A model generated the notes under the pieces. That model searched no databases and was not told the origin of the DNA. It was given only the letters and a program-made list of their open reading frames with translations. A stretch of DNA of 63,508 nt, the filler included, from Bigelowiella natans CCMP2755 (Eukaryota > Protista > Cercozoa), in the NCBI GenBank assembly GCA_000320545.1. It is 4 parts of 4 records of this genome, joined end to end, with 100 filler letters (N's around TTAATTAATTAA, not from the genome) between each part and the next. Parts side by side here need not be neighbours in the genome. Positions count along the whole stretch, not along the records: positions 24,354 to 55,262 come from ADNK01002117.1; 3 more parts are not named here. One strand, given 5' to 3'. Each line of letters starts with the position of its first letter. The first letter of the stretch is position 1. Positions 26,524 through 40,514 of this stretch are shown here, one piece after another. Both the position numbers and the translations under genes were made by a program.

Positions 26524-27385
26524 GGAGGATTCCCACATCGCCCCAACGGACGGCAACAGACCGGGAACCCCATCGAAGAACCGCAAAAACGAGCAGCAGC
26601 ACGAGCAAGCGTTGTCGGCCGAAAAAGACAGGCCGATCACAGGCAAAAATGCCATTTTCCGTCAGTCGCAGGCCCAAAATCAGAACCTTCCTTTGAGCAC
26701 TTCCGGCCCTCCTCATTCGTTCGGTTCCTCACTCGCTGCCGCTGGGATCAACCTCGACAATGGATGCAAGTGATGACAAGAGGTGCTCTTGCCCCGTCAC
26801 ATTTGAGGGAAGTGAATCACTGCGAGCAACTAAGGGGAAATCGTGTTGAGTCTCGAAGCGCATGATCGCACGTCAGCGATGCGATGATGAGACAGGTTTT
26901 GGAGACTGAGACATGCAGTGCACTTTCCAGCTTTGCACAACTTTGTTGCATTGTCCACCGCGGAGCGCACTTCTGGTCCTGTGAAGGAAAGAGCTCATGT
27001 CAAGCTTGTGACCCTCCCAACGCCCAATGCCGATTTGACGCATCAGCAGAAGCAAAACTGGCACCACAGTGTGTGGAATCCGACTGCATGTGCCATTGCG
27101 CTCACAGCACAGCCACACAGTCTCACAATGACACAGCTAGACAGTGGCACACTGTGCTGTGCGTGGAATGACATATTGTGATTTCATGCACTGTCTAGCT
27201 GTGGTGCAACGGTCATCACTCATCATTCATTGCACACAATTGCTAGATGCGCAGCCTCACTAGCTAGCTAGCTCATCCAAGTGTGCCATGACACAGCACA
27301 CGTGCAGTGGCGACATTTGTGTTCATTGCAAGCGTCACTGCTAACGCGAGAGGAGGCCAAGCTTCGCACAGCACAATGGAGCCCG
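26524..27385. other. Intergenic island depleted of TAY/RTA trinucleotides
   Basis: By manual count, 9 TpA in 862 nt, 8 of them in CTAG/CTAA context. CpG is retained; TGCA, CACA and TGTG are abundant. Confidence 0.75.
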
Positions 27386-27530
27386 CTACACTCTCACATT
27401 GAACCTCCCGGGAGAAACATGCACATCGCACCTTCATTGATGAACAACGTACTCCTTGCATGGGGTTTGACGCAGATGTTCGTCTTGAATTCGATCACAA
27501 GACATCGCTGAACAGGAAGGACGAAGTTGA

Positions 27531-27754
27531 TCATGGATCCTGGACTTTGCTGTCTTTCGACGATCTCTCTTCTTCGCCCTTCTTGCCCTTCCTTTTCCTC
27601 TGCTGCTTTGGAGATACTGCCTCCAACGTTTCCCCATTGCGGAGATCAGCCTGGAAAAATTTCGCAACCAAATAAATGTGCAGCAGACTACGGGAAAAGA
27701 TGCGTGTATGCAAGCAGACACGGAGAGGTAAATTAGCATGGATTTTATGCTGTA

Positions 27755-27799
<45 letters not shown>

Positions 27800-28567
27800 C
27801 CACGTCGCCAAAGACAGGGGAAAAAATGGCCGTGTTCGAAGCCGATGGAATAAACGGAGGGAAGTTGTCACGCATATCATATTTTGGCTCTGCTGGGGCA
27901 AGCGGTACCGATTTCGAGTGGGTTATCTGGTTTTGTTTGAGAATCTTAGCGGAGTCCTCCTGTGAGAAGTGTACATCAGCGATTGGACACACACCCACGC
28001 CCATATATCTGCATACAATCAAAAAAGAATAACCCTCCCCCTCCCCCAATGTAATTCAGTTTTGTCCCCCCCTTCTCCCTCCTCGCTCTCCACTGGCCAC
28101 GACCCTTGCCAACTTGCTTTCGACCACGAGCACTTTGTCGCGCTCAAGCTAAATGAGGAAACAGGAGGATGTAATTAGGTGTTACTGAATGCCTATGATT
28201 TTGGAAGCCGACACGGCAACATCGCCTCGTCGCGGACAAGAATCACGAAGAATTTTATAGCATTGAAACCTCAGAATCAACAGCTATTATTGGAAACCTC
28301 CTCCTCATCCTCCTCCTCCTCCTCCTCCTCCTCCCCCTCTTATGTGATGGTAGTGATCGTTTGTATATGTAATCATTGCGCTTGCATCTCAGCATAACAT
28401 CTTAGGCGCTGCTGTTTACTCCGTTCGATTGCCGCCCCCCCCCTCTTTCTCACTCTGTCGTTGTTACCTTGAATTTGATGAATTGCTGCCCCTCTTCCTC
28501 GGCTTTCTCCACCTGATTTCATGGTGAAGGAGGCGGAGGAAGAAGATGAGAATATGATACCCACGTG

Positions 28568-28612
<45 letters not shown>

Positions 28613-28832
28613 GTTTGTGTGTGTGTGCGTGTTGTTGTTTGTTGACGAGTGATGATTCTACCAGCTCGACCATGTGCCTCAGGTTATGCACCTGACAGTG
28701 CAGTGAGAGGAAAGAAAGGAGGGGGGGGGAGGGGAGGGATGATTGAGTTCATTGATAGATTTGCATTCATGTCTTCGGAGCGGAGCATTGGATCAATTCC
28801 TCAACGTCATAAGTATATATGTGTATATATGC

Positions 28833-28872
<40 letters not shown>

Positions 28873-30211
28873 TCTACTACGAGCTACTCTTCACCAAAAA
28901 AATTGTTAGACCGAAGGCTTTTTCAGCACCCATTTTATTCAGAGAAGAACGCGGGCGCCGAAAGCAATTGCACGCCGATCGAGCCCATCATCAATCAACG
29001 ATGGGCATATTCTACGCGAAACTAACAGCCAAAGAGGCCCACGAGAAAACGGCGTCTCGCTGTGCGGTTCCGCGCTTCGACAACAAGCAGGCGGCGCGAA
29101 GATGCAAGGAGCAGCTGAGGGGGGAGAGCACGTGATTGTCATCATTGCGCACTATCACTTTCGTTTCATTGACGGACAGCACGGTCAGGTAACACACCCT
29201 CTCGTAGCTGGTGTTTACAGGGGCGGCGAGCACTTGGGACAAAATCACAATCTCCTGCCCCTCCTACGTATTTGAGAGAGAGGAGGGAGGGCGAGAGTAA
29301 GTGAGAGAGACAGCAGCAGCAGCAGCAAATAGCAGCAAATAACAGCACAACAACACATCACACCCTTGGGATGTATCTGCATCCCGTGCATGTACAGCTT
29401 CGCATGCAAAGCCAACTCACGATGACCTTCTCCTTCACGCCGTAGAAGGCCTTCTCTGTGAGCGGCGAGGGGGCCTTCTTCGACCACGACGAACCCCATG
29501 CACGAAGGTACCTACGAGGCGGCGGTGGAGAGAGGAGAGCATTATTGTTTTAAGTTGTTTTTCTCGTTGTTGTTGTTGTTGTTGTTGTTGTTATTGCTGT
29601 CCTTACGGCCTGCTGAGAACAGTGAAGACGAGTCCCGCGTACACATAGTAGCTCGGTAAGGCATCGTAGAGGTTCACCGGCACCAGCGCCAATCTACAAC
29701 ACCATCGTCGTCGTCGTCGTCATCAGTAAAGTCGCCATCACCATCATCATCGTCGCATATATAAATCGCTGTTATCGTCGTCGTGAGCATAATACTAAAC
29801 TAGCAGCCAGGCACCATCGAACTACACGAACGGCAAGTGCGCCGCAGCGGCAACGATGGCGGCACAGAAGTGAAAGCAAACTGCCCCGCTGAGCATTACT
29901 ACTACTACCATTACTAGCGACTAGTACTAGTACACACAATAACGCCTACTTTTCCGGGTCGCCGAGCTGCACCTCCATTTCCATTGTCTTCCCCTCGCGC
30001 ATGATCTCGAATCGGACGGAATCGCCGCGGCTATGGTGGTGGCACCAAAAGTGCACGCAACAAACGTATTTTAGATTGATATTTAGCACATGAAAATATA
30101 ATTAAACACACACACACACACACACACACACGCGCAACATGCAGTAGCATGCCTCGACACCCACAGCGCAGCTGCCATCAACTGCAAACTGCTACTACAT
30201 CGCTGCCACTA

Positions 30212-30242
<31 letters not shown>

Positions 30243-30654
30243 AACTACTACAACTACTACAACTACCACCACCACCACTACTACTACTACTGCTGCTACC
30301 TCTTCGACGTGATGAGGTGCACGTGGGAGAGTCTCTCCCCACGCCGGAAGAAGATCGTCCCATCGCCCGCTACAGGGACACCATCGATCTTGCGGATTAC
30401 GTCATTCACCTTTTCGAGGGAAGGAGGGAGGGAGGGAGGGGGGAGGGTAAGGTGAAGTGAGGTGAGATGAGATGTAGTACAGTCAAGTATTCACGCATGT
30501 GTTATCCTTCCATCAACCTCCCTCCTCCCCCACAACCCCTCCCTACTCTTCCCTACACAGCCTCTACCGCACATGGTAGTAAGTAGTACCTTCAACACTT
30601 TGGCGCAAGGGGCTAATGGTTCCATGGCAATCACGAGAATGCCTATTCCACATC

Positions 30655-30707
<53 letters not shown>

Positions 30708-31398
30708 GGGGGGGTGGGGGATATACACCGTATTTTCGTCGTAAAATATCAAGAGGCATTCCTCTATGCACCTACATCACCGTTCAATAACAACATTTTT
30801 TTTGTAAGCTGCGCTATGATGCACGCGTGCAGGCCTCTCTCTACCCTCGTTGTCGTTGGGAATCTTCAGCGATTTCCGCAGGCTCTCATTCTCCAAAATC
30901 TGAGTCTTCAATCCCACGCACGGGATGCCGGAGAAGTTGCCGTTTCTTCGTTCGCGAGATAGAGGGGGGGGGGGGGGGGAGAGGGAGAGAGAGAGAGAAA
31001 TTCATTAGGCAGTTAGTTCTGTCGTTCAAATTATGAGTGTAAGTCTAAATCGATCTCTACTGTCATTAGGGTCGTAGCAGACGTTGCCGCAGTAGTCAGT
31101 TGTTGTTGTTGTTGATGATGATGATGAGCTGTTGGGAAAAAAAGTAGTAGTAATACCGATCGACATCGTTGATGAATTGTTTCACCCCCGTCCCAGGGAT
31201 GATATACCTGGTATGGAAAAGGAGGAAAGGAGGAGGAGGAGGAGGAGGAGGAGGAGTGAATTACCAATAATTGCTTGCGTGGCCATGATTGACATGTGCA
31301 GCACTAACAGCGACCAATGTTATCGATGGCCTTGCACTGGATTCCCACCTCTCCCCCCCTCTCCTCTTCATACTACAACTACTATTACTACTACTACT

Positions 31399-31434
<36 letters not shown>

Positions 31435-31585
31435 TGCACAATCAGCATCGGGCAGCAGGTCTATGAGCTGCTGCAACTTACCCGATGTTTTGCGCTTTAT
31501 TCATCCCCTGGAAGGCGACACCCACCACCTTATCCCCCTGATAATCATTCGTGCATGCAACATGAGGAGACGGCGCGGCCCACGA

Positions 31586-31616
<31 letters not shown>

Positions 31617-31848
31617 TCGAGGGTAGCCGGAAAAGGTGAGATAGTATTTACCACGGCCAAAAGCAGCGTTTTCTCTCTCACAAAAGACTTAGATAATACA
31701 TCTTCGGGGAAGGAACATACGTGACACAGGACGCACACGCAGCGGCACCGCCATTATCATCACCTGCAGGGCTGGCCCCCCACTGTTGCCTGAATTTATC
31801 GCTGCGTCGATCTGCACGCATAGGAGCACCTACAGGAGGAGACGGGAG

Positions 31849-31896
<48 letters not shown>

Positions 31897-34500
31897 CGTT
31901 GTGGCAGCTGCTCTGTCTCTGTCTCTCTCGCATGCTACTGCTGCTGCTAACAACTGCCAAAAGCGTGCCGCCAAGCGAAGCCTTACTTCCATACTGCCCT
32001 CTGATAGTGGGAAACGTCCCTCCCTCCCTCTTCCCCCCTCCCCCCTCCCACTATTCTTCTACTGCGATAACTAACCACCCCGCCTCCTCCACAGCTACCT
32101 GATTCGAATGCGAGTAGGTTGCTATCACCACACGGGACACTACGCCTGCGGGGGGGAAGGGAGGGAGGGGGGGGGAGAAGACAAAGCTCGTTAATAAGGA
32201 CCTTCATAGACATCGGAGTATGGTTCGATTACCACGATGGGTATGGATTGTAGCTATTAAATGCAATCAAAGGAGTAGGTAACACAGCCAACACCCTCTC
32301 GCAGCGTGCCGCTTATGGCAAACCCCACCCCCCCCCCCCTCCTCTTTTACTAACTACAAGATGCATTCATTGCTCCAAACGCAGCTTATTACCTTTGGTG
32401 ACAGATATACAATCGCCGCCCTTCGGATACCCAATTACTATCACGGACGCCTAAGAGGGCGGGGGGGGGGGTGGGGGGGAAAGTTGGTAGAGTGCGCAGA
32501 AACGTCGAAGAAGATACACTGAAAGATATCCATCTCGCAGCTACGCCATTGATGATGATGATGATGCCAATACAACAGCCCACTCTATGATTCTCAGTGT
32601 CATCGCTGCAGCAGCAACCTGCAGTGCCGGTATGTTCCCAAAATGAAGGGGTTTCAGTCCTCTCCTGTGATGATATCAGCAGCGTCCAGAGTAGAAATGG
32701 CCACCAACATCAGAATCAAGGGTTTTTTGGACGAGGTATACGGGGGTGTGGTAAGGAGAAAGGAGTGTGGGGTGGGGGAGAGAAATTGAGAGGAAATATA
32801 ATTTTCAAACCAACGAGCAACACAGAGACAAGCAAGTATGCATTCCGCTCTCTCTCCATTTATAACATCTTCACATCCTTTCTTCCTTCTACAACCCCAG
32901 ACACAACAACTCTTCTTTGGGAGGGAAAAACCACGGGATAACTACGACTGCAGACCAGAAATTCTCGTCATCCACAGTGAGGAGAGCCAGGTCGCAATCA
33001 TGGCCTGCCGACAAGAAAACATACACGTCATAAGAGACACACAGACGCACACGCACACGCACACGCACACGCACACGCACACGCACACGCACACGCACAA
33101 AAGCATCGAGGTATTTTGGAAAAGGAATCTAATGAAAGGGTAAAGGGGGGGGGGGAGTCGCAAATACCTGTCGCTAGTAGCTTTGCACGGTACCTGCGTG
33201 AGGGTAGAAACACATACACACACCTCATGAGCTCGCTGTAAAAGTCCCGGATGGCAGTGAATGATTTCTTTTTCTGTGTTGAGTGGGGTCGTTGTAGCCC
33301 CCTCCCCTCCCTCTCCCCACCTCCCGAAATCCCATTATTGCAATGCTAAATTAATTTTCCAGGCGCAGGGAAGTTATAGTTTTACTTCGTCGCGTCGCCG
33401 TGCTTGCGTACTCGTATGTACACCTGCGCAAAAAGTGCAAGAGACAGAAATCGATCGAATTCGGGAAGCCGCTGTCTGGGGGTCGTGAGTTTTTAGGTGT
33501 GTGGAAGGAGAGGGAAGAAAGGCGAAGAGGTAAGATGTGTGTGCGCTCGCTCACGTGGTTTGTGATTCCATGGGCATTGCAAATGATGCGCTTGCCCTCG
33601 ATCACGAAGCCGGAACTTGAGGAAGAACGCTGAAAAGAGAAAGGGAGAACGAAAGACCAAGAGAGCGGAAGAGGAAGGATAAGAGGGATCATTATCCAGT
33701 TTCTGGCATCATCATCTGTTGGTAAGTAATGCGCTCTCCTCAGAATGAACCTACTGTTCATTACCTGAGGATGGATCTGCCAGGGCACGTAGAAATTGGG
33801 AGTAGCCGATACACAGAATATCTGAGAATAAATAGGAAATGGAACATGTTGACGATATTCGGGTTGAATTAGAAGGAGGACTTACGATGCATTGGATATT
33901 CATTCGATCGATATACATAGTAACTGCGCGGCGCTGATGCTTGCGTGGATGCATTTCTACCTGCTACCCCACCCCTCCCACCTCTCCCTTACCTTAATAA
34001 CAGATTGAAGTGCGTTGTCGAGAGGGCTCCATTCGCTTTTATTCAGGGAATCAGAGAGCTTTCTCTCCACTGTGAGGAGATTTGCAAACACAAACGGGGG
34101 TACGGGAGAAGAGAAAGAACGCAAGGGAAACGAATGCCTGAGCTGACACTCATTGGTGTGGAATAGTAACACTCATCGGTGTGGAATAGTAACTTTCTCT
34201 AAAATTTTTGGAGGTATCTTACGTTTGGGCGGATCAACGATCATATCTGCATCTCCCCTGGCAGCATCACCATTCTCTGCAGGAAATGGGGAAGCCAACT
34301 CCGGCTGCGAAGTACGTGTGAAAAGAAGGCACTCAGTCACAATCAAATCAAGGGCGCACAGCCCCATTGCACACATTTCTCTCCCGTTCAACAGTTCTCC
34401 CGCGCATCATCGCAGCAGGGGTGGGCGTCAGTCAGCGGTCAGGCGGAAGGCAGACCTCCATTGCGTGTTGTCGCACTGATCCGCTCGGCCTTGCAGTCAT
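27531..34500 (-). CDS. Deg/HtrA serine protease with PDZ domains (DEG2/9/10-like)
   Basis: Many small exons: VIK|IFCVSATPNFYVPWQ|SSSSGFVIEGKRIICNAHG (His)|GHDCDLALLTVDDENFW (Asp)|VIVIGYPKGGDCISVTK|GVVSRV|QIDAAINSGNSGGPA (Ser)|VVGVAFQGMNKAQNIG|YIIP...; DVIRKIDGVPVAGDGTIFFRRGER; PSYYVYAGLVF; IVILSQVLAAPVNTSY. Start approximate. Confidence 0.92.
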
Positions 34501-35050
34501 AGATATTTCCCAAAAACAACCTGCCTCTTCCCCCTGCGACAACGGTCTAAGAAAGTCCGGGATTGCGACACATCTGGGAAAAAGCGCCTCGGTTTGTGCC
34601 TCATCACCAAAAAAAATGCCTCACAGTTAGATGTCTACGAGCAGCAACAAATAATGCATCGTAGCGTCTATTGCTCGGGATTTGTGCAACTGCGACACGA
34701 TTTTCCGCGTATCGCAGCCTGAAAATCACAGCGAAATCAGGAAATCGCTTCTCTCGGACGGCGAAGTTCGGAAGAGATCGCTCGGATCAGTCAACAGTTG
34801 CCTGCGTGATCGTCGTGATCAGTCCAGCTCCCCCCCCCCTCCACAAACCCCTTGCCGCCCTTGCTCGAAGGGAACAAGAAGCATACGGATGGAGATGATA
34901 ACTGAATGTACAATTTCTCAGTTCCGAGGTGCGCGATGTAGCTCTGAAGCTTTCTCTACCTAATGCAGGTGCCCCAACTATGATGTTCCAGGCTCCTGAT
35001 AATATGGCTTGTGACTGCACAATTCATCGCGATAAAAAACAGAAAAGGAC

Positions 35051-35755
35051 ATGGATCTCCCACAGCCATTGTCAAAGCCAAGTAAGGAAGTAGCAATGTT
35101 ATAAAACTCTGAGCTTCTCTTCAGTATTTTTTTTCTTTCTTCTTTAGAAATCCAAGCCTCGTCAGCCCATGAAAACAATTTTTCCTAGCACCGAGGAAAT
35201 ATGTCGTAGCTACTTGAGTCCTTTACTCCCAGAGCATCGCACTCAAGATTGTGAAAATTTATTCTTCCGCAACATTCGTCAAGACCTGACATTCAAAGCT
35301 GTTATGGGCAATCGGTGATATTGATAATACTTTGAGACAAGTCATCCTACGCTCCCACTTTGGTTTCACATTATTTCCATGCCATAGCCGAAACCATGAT
35401 CCAAACTCATGATGTGATGAGCTTTAGCTTGAGAGGCCTCCAATAACAATGCTCAACGATAGCTAATGCCGTCGTGTAACGTCAAAGCAATAAAACCATG
35501 CACCATCACTTATGGTCAGGGCGACGTTCAAGATACTTGGGTCTTTCTTGGACGCTATGGATATGTGCAGCATGGCGAGGGTCAGCAAAATCTTCAATCT
35601 GGCTTCAGAATCAGGAAAATATTGGTACGAAATGTGCGTGCGTCGCTGGCCATCCACCTCGAAACTACTTCCTTTGGGCAGCAGCACCCAGGTCGTCGTA
35701 TACACTATCAATTTCTCTCTTCTTCGTCGTCTCTTATTTATAGGATGTAAGGATG

Positions 35756-35797
<42 letters not shown>

Positions 35798-36046
35798 ATA
35801 TGCTCTCCCGTCAATCGAACTGCATCCATAGGCCAGCTATAAGCGGTATTTCCGCTCACGCCATTGCGAGAGTGTTCGCAACCCACGATCTACGTTCACG
35901 GAATCGCTTGAGCAGTATTCACTTTTGGTCGATCTCATCGACAGGAAGACTGGAAATTCGTTACTATCAAAATCGTACAGGCTGAAGAGGTGCATCCTTA
36001 TACTCCTCGGTGAAGGCTATGTCATATCTCCTCACACCTAACTCTA

Positions 36047-36084
<38 letters not shown>

Positions 36085-36464
36085 ACTTGTCGTCTGTGCT
36101 TTTCCATTCCATGGTGGGTGTGCTCGTCCATGTCAACTGAGGCAGCCTCATGCCGACGACGGGCGGCTATTTACTTGGAAACTGCTCCTGTCTGTGGCCC
36201 TGTGGTTGCAAAGGATTTCTGAGCGTTCCTCTGGACGAAAGCTTCGAGCTTTTCTCGCTCGATGCGTCGCACTCCAGACTTGTGGATCGTATCCGGTGTG
36301 AGCATGACGATTTTAGAAACGGCAGAGGGGAGGGAAAGAGAGCTTGCTTCATCACGAATACTAGGGATTGTCCTTTTTAAGCGAGAGCCTTTCTGGTATA
36401 CGATGGAGACAGCACGTCAGTATTTTGTCCTTGAGATTTCGTCACTACTCCTGTCGTGTTTTTT

Positions 36465-36496
<32 letters not shown>

Positions 36497-37251
36497 TCAT
36501 TGTCATTATCGTCGTCGTTTTGTTGATAAAGGCTCAAGGTAGCGTTGCTCCGAACCACGGACATGAAGACTGCTGCGATTGTGGATTCCTGCAGTAAGGA
36601 GTGTTTCGCGATGATGGAAGAGGACTGGTGCTACGAACAGCGTCTTTGCACACTACCCGGCCGCATGTAATAATAATACTGTGGCAGCTTGTTTCAAAAC
36701 ACATGACTTGGGTGCGGGGGGGGGGGGGGGGGTCTCAGTGGCGAGATCCCAGACGTTTGCATGGGCTCCACATAATAAGCTCGAGTCAAATCGTTTCTTC
36801 TTCTTCTTCTTCTACTTCTTCTTCTTCCTTTCTCAATTCAGGTCGGCATTCCCGCTCGAGTCCGACGACGAGATCATATCGCTGCAAGTTCGGGTTTCTA
36901 CCGAGGCACAGATGACCATGGTCACGAGAAGAAGACAGGTTGGTGAGGCGGCGGTCATGGACGCGCAAGAGACGCTCAACACCAAAGTGCCGCAGCAGGT
37001 ACGTGATTGGAGCACACGAAAACACAGCTCTGCATCCCGAAAACGGAGCCTTCTTCCAACCTACCACCATCCGTCTATCAGCTGTTGATGCTTGAAAGCT
37101 GTTGTAGGTAGGATATAGGATTCGGCTGGGCGGTGCAAGGGTTGGATTTGTGGTGGGCGTGAACGCTTGGGACAACGCAAACGTGGTCGATATCAGAGAG
37201 GGTGGAGAACTAGCCCACTTCTTGCACTTAGCTAGCCTCAAATGGTGCTGA
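35051..37251 (+). CDS. F-box domain protein
   Basis: FKILGSFLDAMDMCSMARVSKIFNLASESGKYWYEMCVRRWP fits the F-box consensus; downstream spliced exons end LAHFLHLASLKWC*. Start uncertain. Confidence 0.7.
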
Positions 37252-37826
37252 GGGGAATAACGCGGTGTTAAGGAGCGCAACCGAGTGACCAATGAAGCGG
37301 TAATCGGTACGTAGAGAGCGCAGAGTTCATACCAACATGCACATGTAGATACAAAGGCAGACCCAATGCGGCCTCTTTCATCAGACACCATTGTGTACAC
37401 ATCACATTATAGCAATGATTTCTTCTGTTGCTCCAAACTCGAAAGTCTACGATAGGTACAAGCACACGTAGCCAACGCAGCAGAGCTACTGCTGCATGAG
37501 GAGTACTAGAGTAGACAGACTTGTCGATGTTATGTTCATAGGCGATAGCAAAAGAACACACGCCGATGGCGACATGCATGCTGGTGAACGCGGGCTGGGC
37601 GAGGTTTCATATGATCGAACGGATTTCATACTTCATGAGACGCTGCTTACATGGTAGTCAGATCTAGACACGTAGGGCACATGACTGCTGCGAACATATA
37701 CGTAGCTTACCGCACCACGTGCATTTGTACACGTGACGGCGTCGGATAGTAAACGTGTTGGCACCATAATGCGTTCGAATTTATAATAGACATATTGCAC
37801 AGCGATGCACGAACGGGTGACGATCA

Positions 37827-38758
37827 TCAAAACTCGTTCTTTATAATGTCGTCAATGTGCTTTGCTACAAGCTTGCGGATCCTTTGCCTGAGCTCGCTTT
37901 TTACCTGGTTCTGTTTTCGACCTGCAAGAGATATGTATTGGCATTCGGGTTAGATGTTTATCATCATTTTCGGTGTTGGCTCAGCGATTGTACTGGCTGG
38001 CGTTGGTGCAGTGATAGTTATGATTTGATGAATGTCTGGTTACTAGTGACACGTGCTGACGCAGATCCGATCAAGAATTTCGTTGCTACCGGCAAGGTTC
38101 TTGAACATTTCCAAAGTGCTAGTTTTGCTGCTGGTAGAAGATGATTTCTCCTTCGAGTCATCCTTAGGCTGTCCTGCCTCTACTTCTCCGTCACCCTTCG
38201 CTTCGTGGCGGCCAGCACCATTCCTACTGCTATGCACAGAGTCCTCAAAGTCCTCCATTACGTCGTCGAACATCAGTCGCACTACTCTCTGGGCGTCCTT
38301 GGTTTCCGATATCTCGCCTAGGATCTGTTGTTGCAAGGGGGCCGTGGTTGTTGCGTGTTAACTATAACTGTGAATATGCTCACCACGCACTGCCGCCATG
38401 CATGTAAATTGGTGCTCTAGTCGTCGATATTTGCTAGTGCATCAGCAGGGAGCGGAATCCAGTCAGAGTACGAGGGCGTGCAAGCATTAACATATCAGAC
38501 ACACTCTTTCGAGGAAAAAACAAAAAAAATAAAGGCGTCCTTGCCGCAAGCTGTTATAGTGGGGAAAGAGCGGGGTCGCGAACCTTCGAAAGAACACTCC
38601 TGAGTCGATTTTCGTTCACGTAACGCTCCAAATCTTTCCCGATGTGCGCGATGGTTTTCTGGTCTAATTTTAGACTATTATTGTTGGCCTTTGCCGGCGA
38701 TGGGGAACGCGAACGGGGTCTGGGACTCTCTGTCGCAAAATGAATAAATATATATAAG

Positions 38759-38793
<35 letters not shown>

Positions 38794-39460
38794 GAGTGTC
38801 AGAAAGGACACACAAGGTATGAAGAAGGAAAACTCCCCTGTCTCCAAGAAATAAGCAGCCCGAAACAAAACAAAAAGAGAGTGGAAGAGGCCCAATCCAA
38901 CGAAAGGAGCGGTGGTTTTGGGCTTGTGCAACTCGTGTGTCCCGAGTCGCCAGGCGGAAAGCTCTATTTCCATCTCTGCAGTTTGCGGATTCTTCCCACC
39001 CGATCCGACACAGCAGCAGGCGCTCATCATCATCGTCATCATCACCATTATCATCACACATGCACGTACTGGACACTTCGTAGAAGGCCTCCGACTTCTT
39101 CTTGAGAATGAATCGAGACCCCCTTTCGGACAAGGCCTCTTTCACAGGCCTCATCACAATACCTGCAAAGGAGCGAGAAGCAGAAGACAGAAATAGCACG
39201 TGCGGCATGGTTAAAAAAGAAATCGATTACTTGTGCAGCATCGCCAATTGGTCGGCAGCACGAGTTGGATCACCTTCAGCTATATTGTTCGGAGGCTTTT
39301 TTAGGCCGAGAATCTCGGGAATCCGCGACTCGAAACTCTCCACGTCGAACTGCTCCACCTCTTTGAAGGTACCTCGTGCAACCTGTGGTCATTTTATCCA
39401 TCCATCCATTCAGTCAGTCGGTTCTTACTGGTGAGATTAGCAGATTCCAATAAAATAAAA

Positions 39461-39505
<45 letters not shown>

Positions 39506-39646
39506 TATGTATATTGTGTCATTTTGCTCGCACAATAGGATATTTGGGTGCGTGCTTGTGTTTGTGTGTGTGTGTGTTTGCGATCAGATGTACGCTATCT
39601 TCAAAGTCAGCAGGAAGAGTTGTCACTGTTCACGCTTTACTATGTG

Positions 39647-39679
<33 letters not shown>

Positions 39680-40081
39680 ACCCAATCTAAAGCTAGTAGT
39701 ATTAGAAGAGGTAGGAGCTACAACAATACCGCACTTGCCACCAGTGGAAACCCAGCCTCCTCAAGCACGTTCACCATCTTTCCAACGTCAGCACAACCAC
39801 AACATCCCACCACCACCACGCAATCTTCAGGAATCCATTCTGACTGTCAAATCACTCCAAACCATGGTCTCTTCTGTCTTCTTCGTCTCTCAATGGCAGG
39901 GTGACACGCCACCTTATCATAATCTAGGAACATGGCCTTTTCTTCTTTTTCTTCTTCTCCGCCTTCTCCTCCTCCTCCTCCTCCCGTGTTCGACGTCTTC
40001 CCCAGTCCAGTCACGACGTGGACGTCAAATGCAATGAAATGAAGGTTCGGCGAATAAAAGACGCCTGCGTATAGAAGGTTA

Positions 40082-40121
<40 letters not shown>

Positions 40122-40480
40122 TCCAGTTGACCCCTCAGCCATGGAACGTTGATGAAGAGAATACGATGTATTGCACGCATAAGGTCACTGAGCCTCGTGC
40201 CTTTGAGACAAAAAATATGATGATTTTAATCATAGCACCTTTCTGCACGCGCTTGACCTCCGGATTCTCCATGCCGGGGAACTCTCCTGATGATTAGATG
40301 AATGCGCTTGTCAGTCCTATCGATCGGACCAATACACAGGGTATAACAACGAAGTTGGAGTGTCGCGAAGTTTTGAATTGATAGAGTTGAGTACGAAGGG
40401 GAAACATTGATGTTGTTATCACCAGATTCTTTCTGTGCTGTCGAATTTCCGGCTATATTATCACTACTCATGCATCAACA

Positions 40481-40514
<34 letters not shown>

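Noticed and set aside
32205-32245. Apparent duplicate Deg exon (VVIEPYS versus VVIATYS) suggesting mutually exclusive splicing
   Set aside because: The similarity is too short and lacks the GVVSR start and a matching acceptor.
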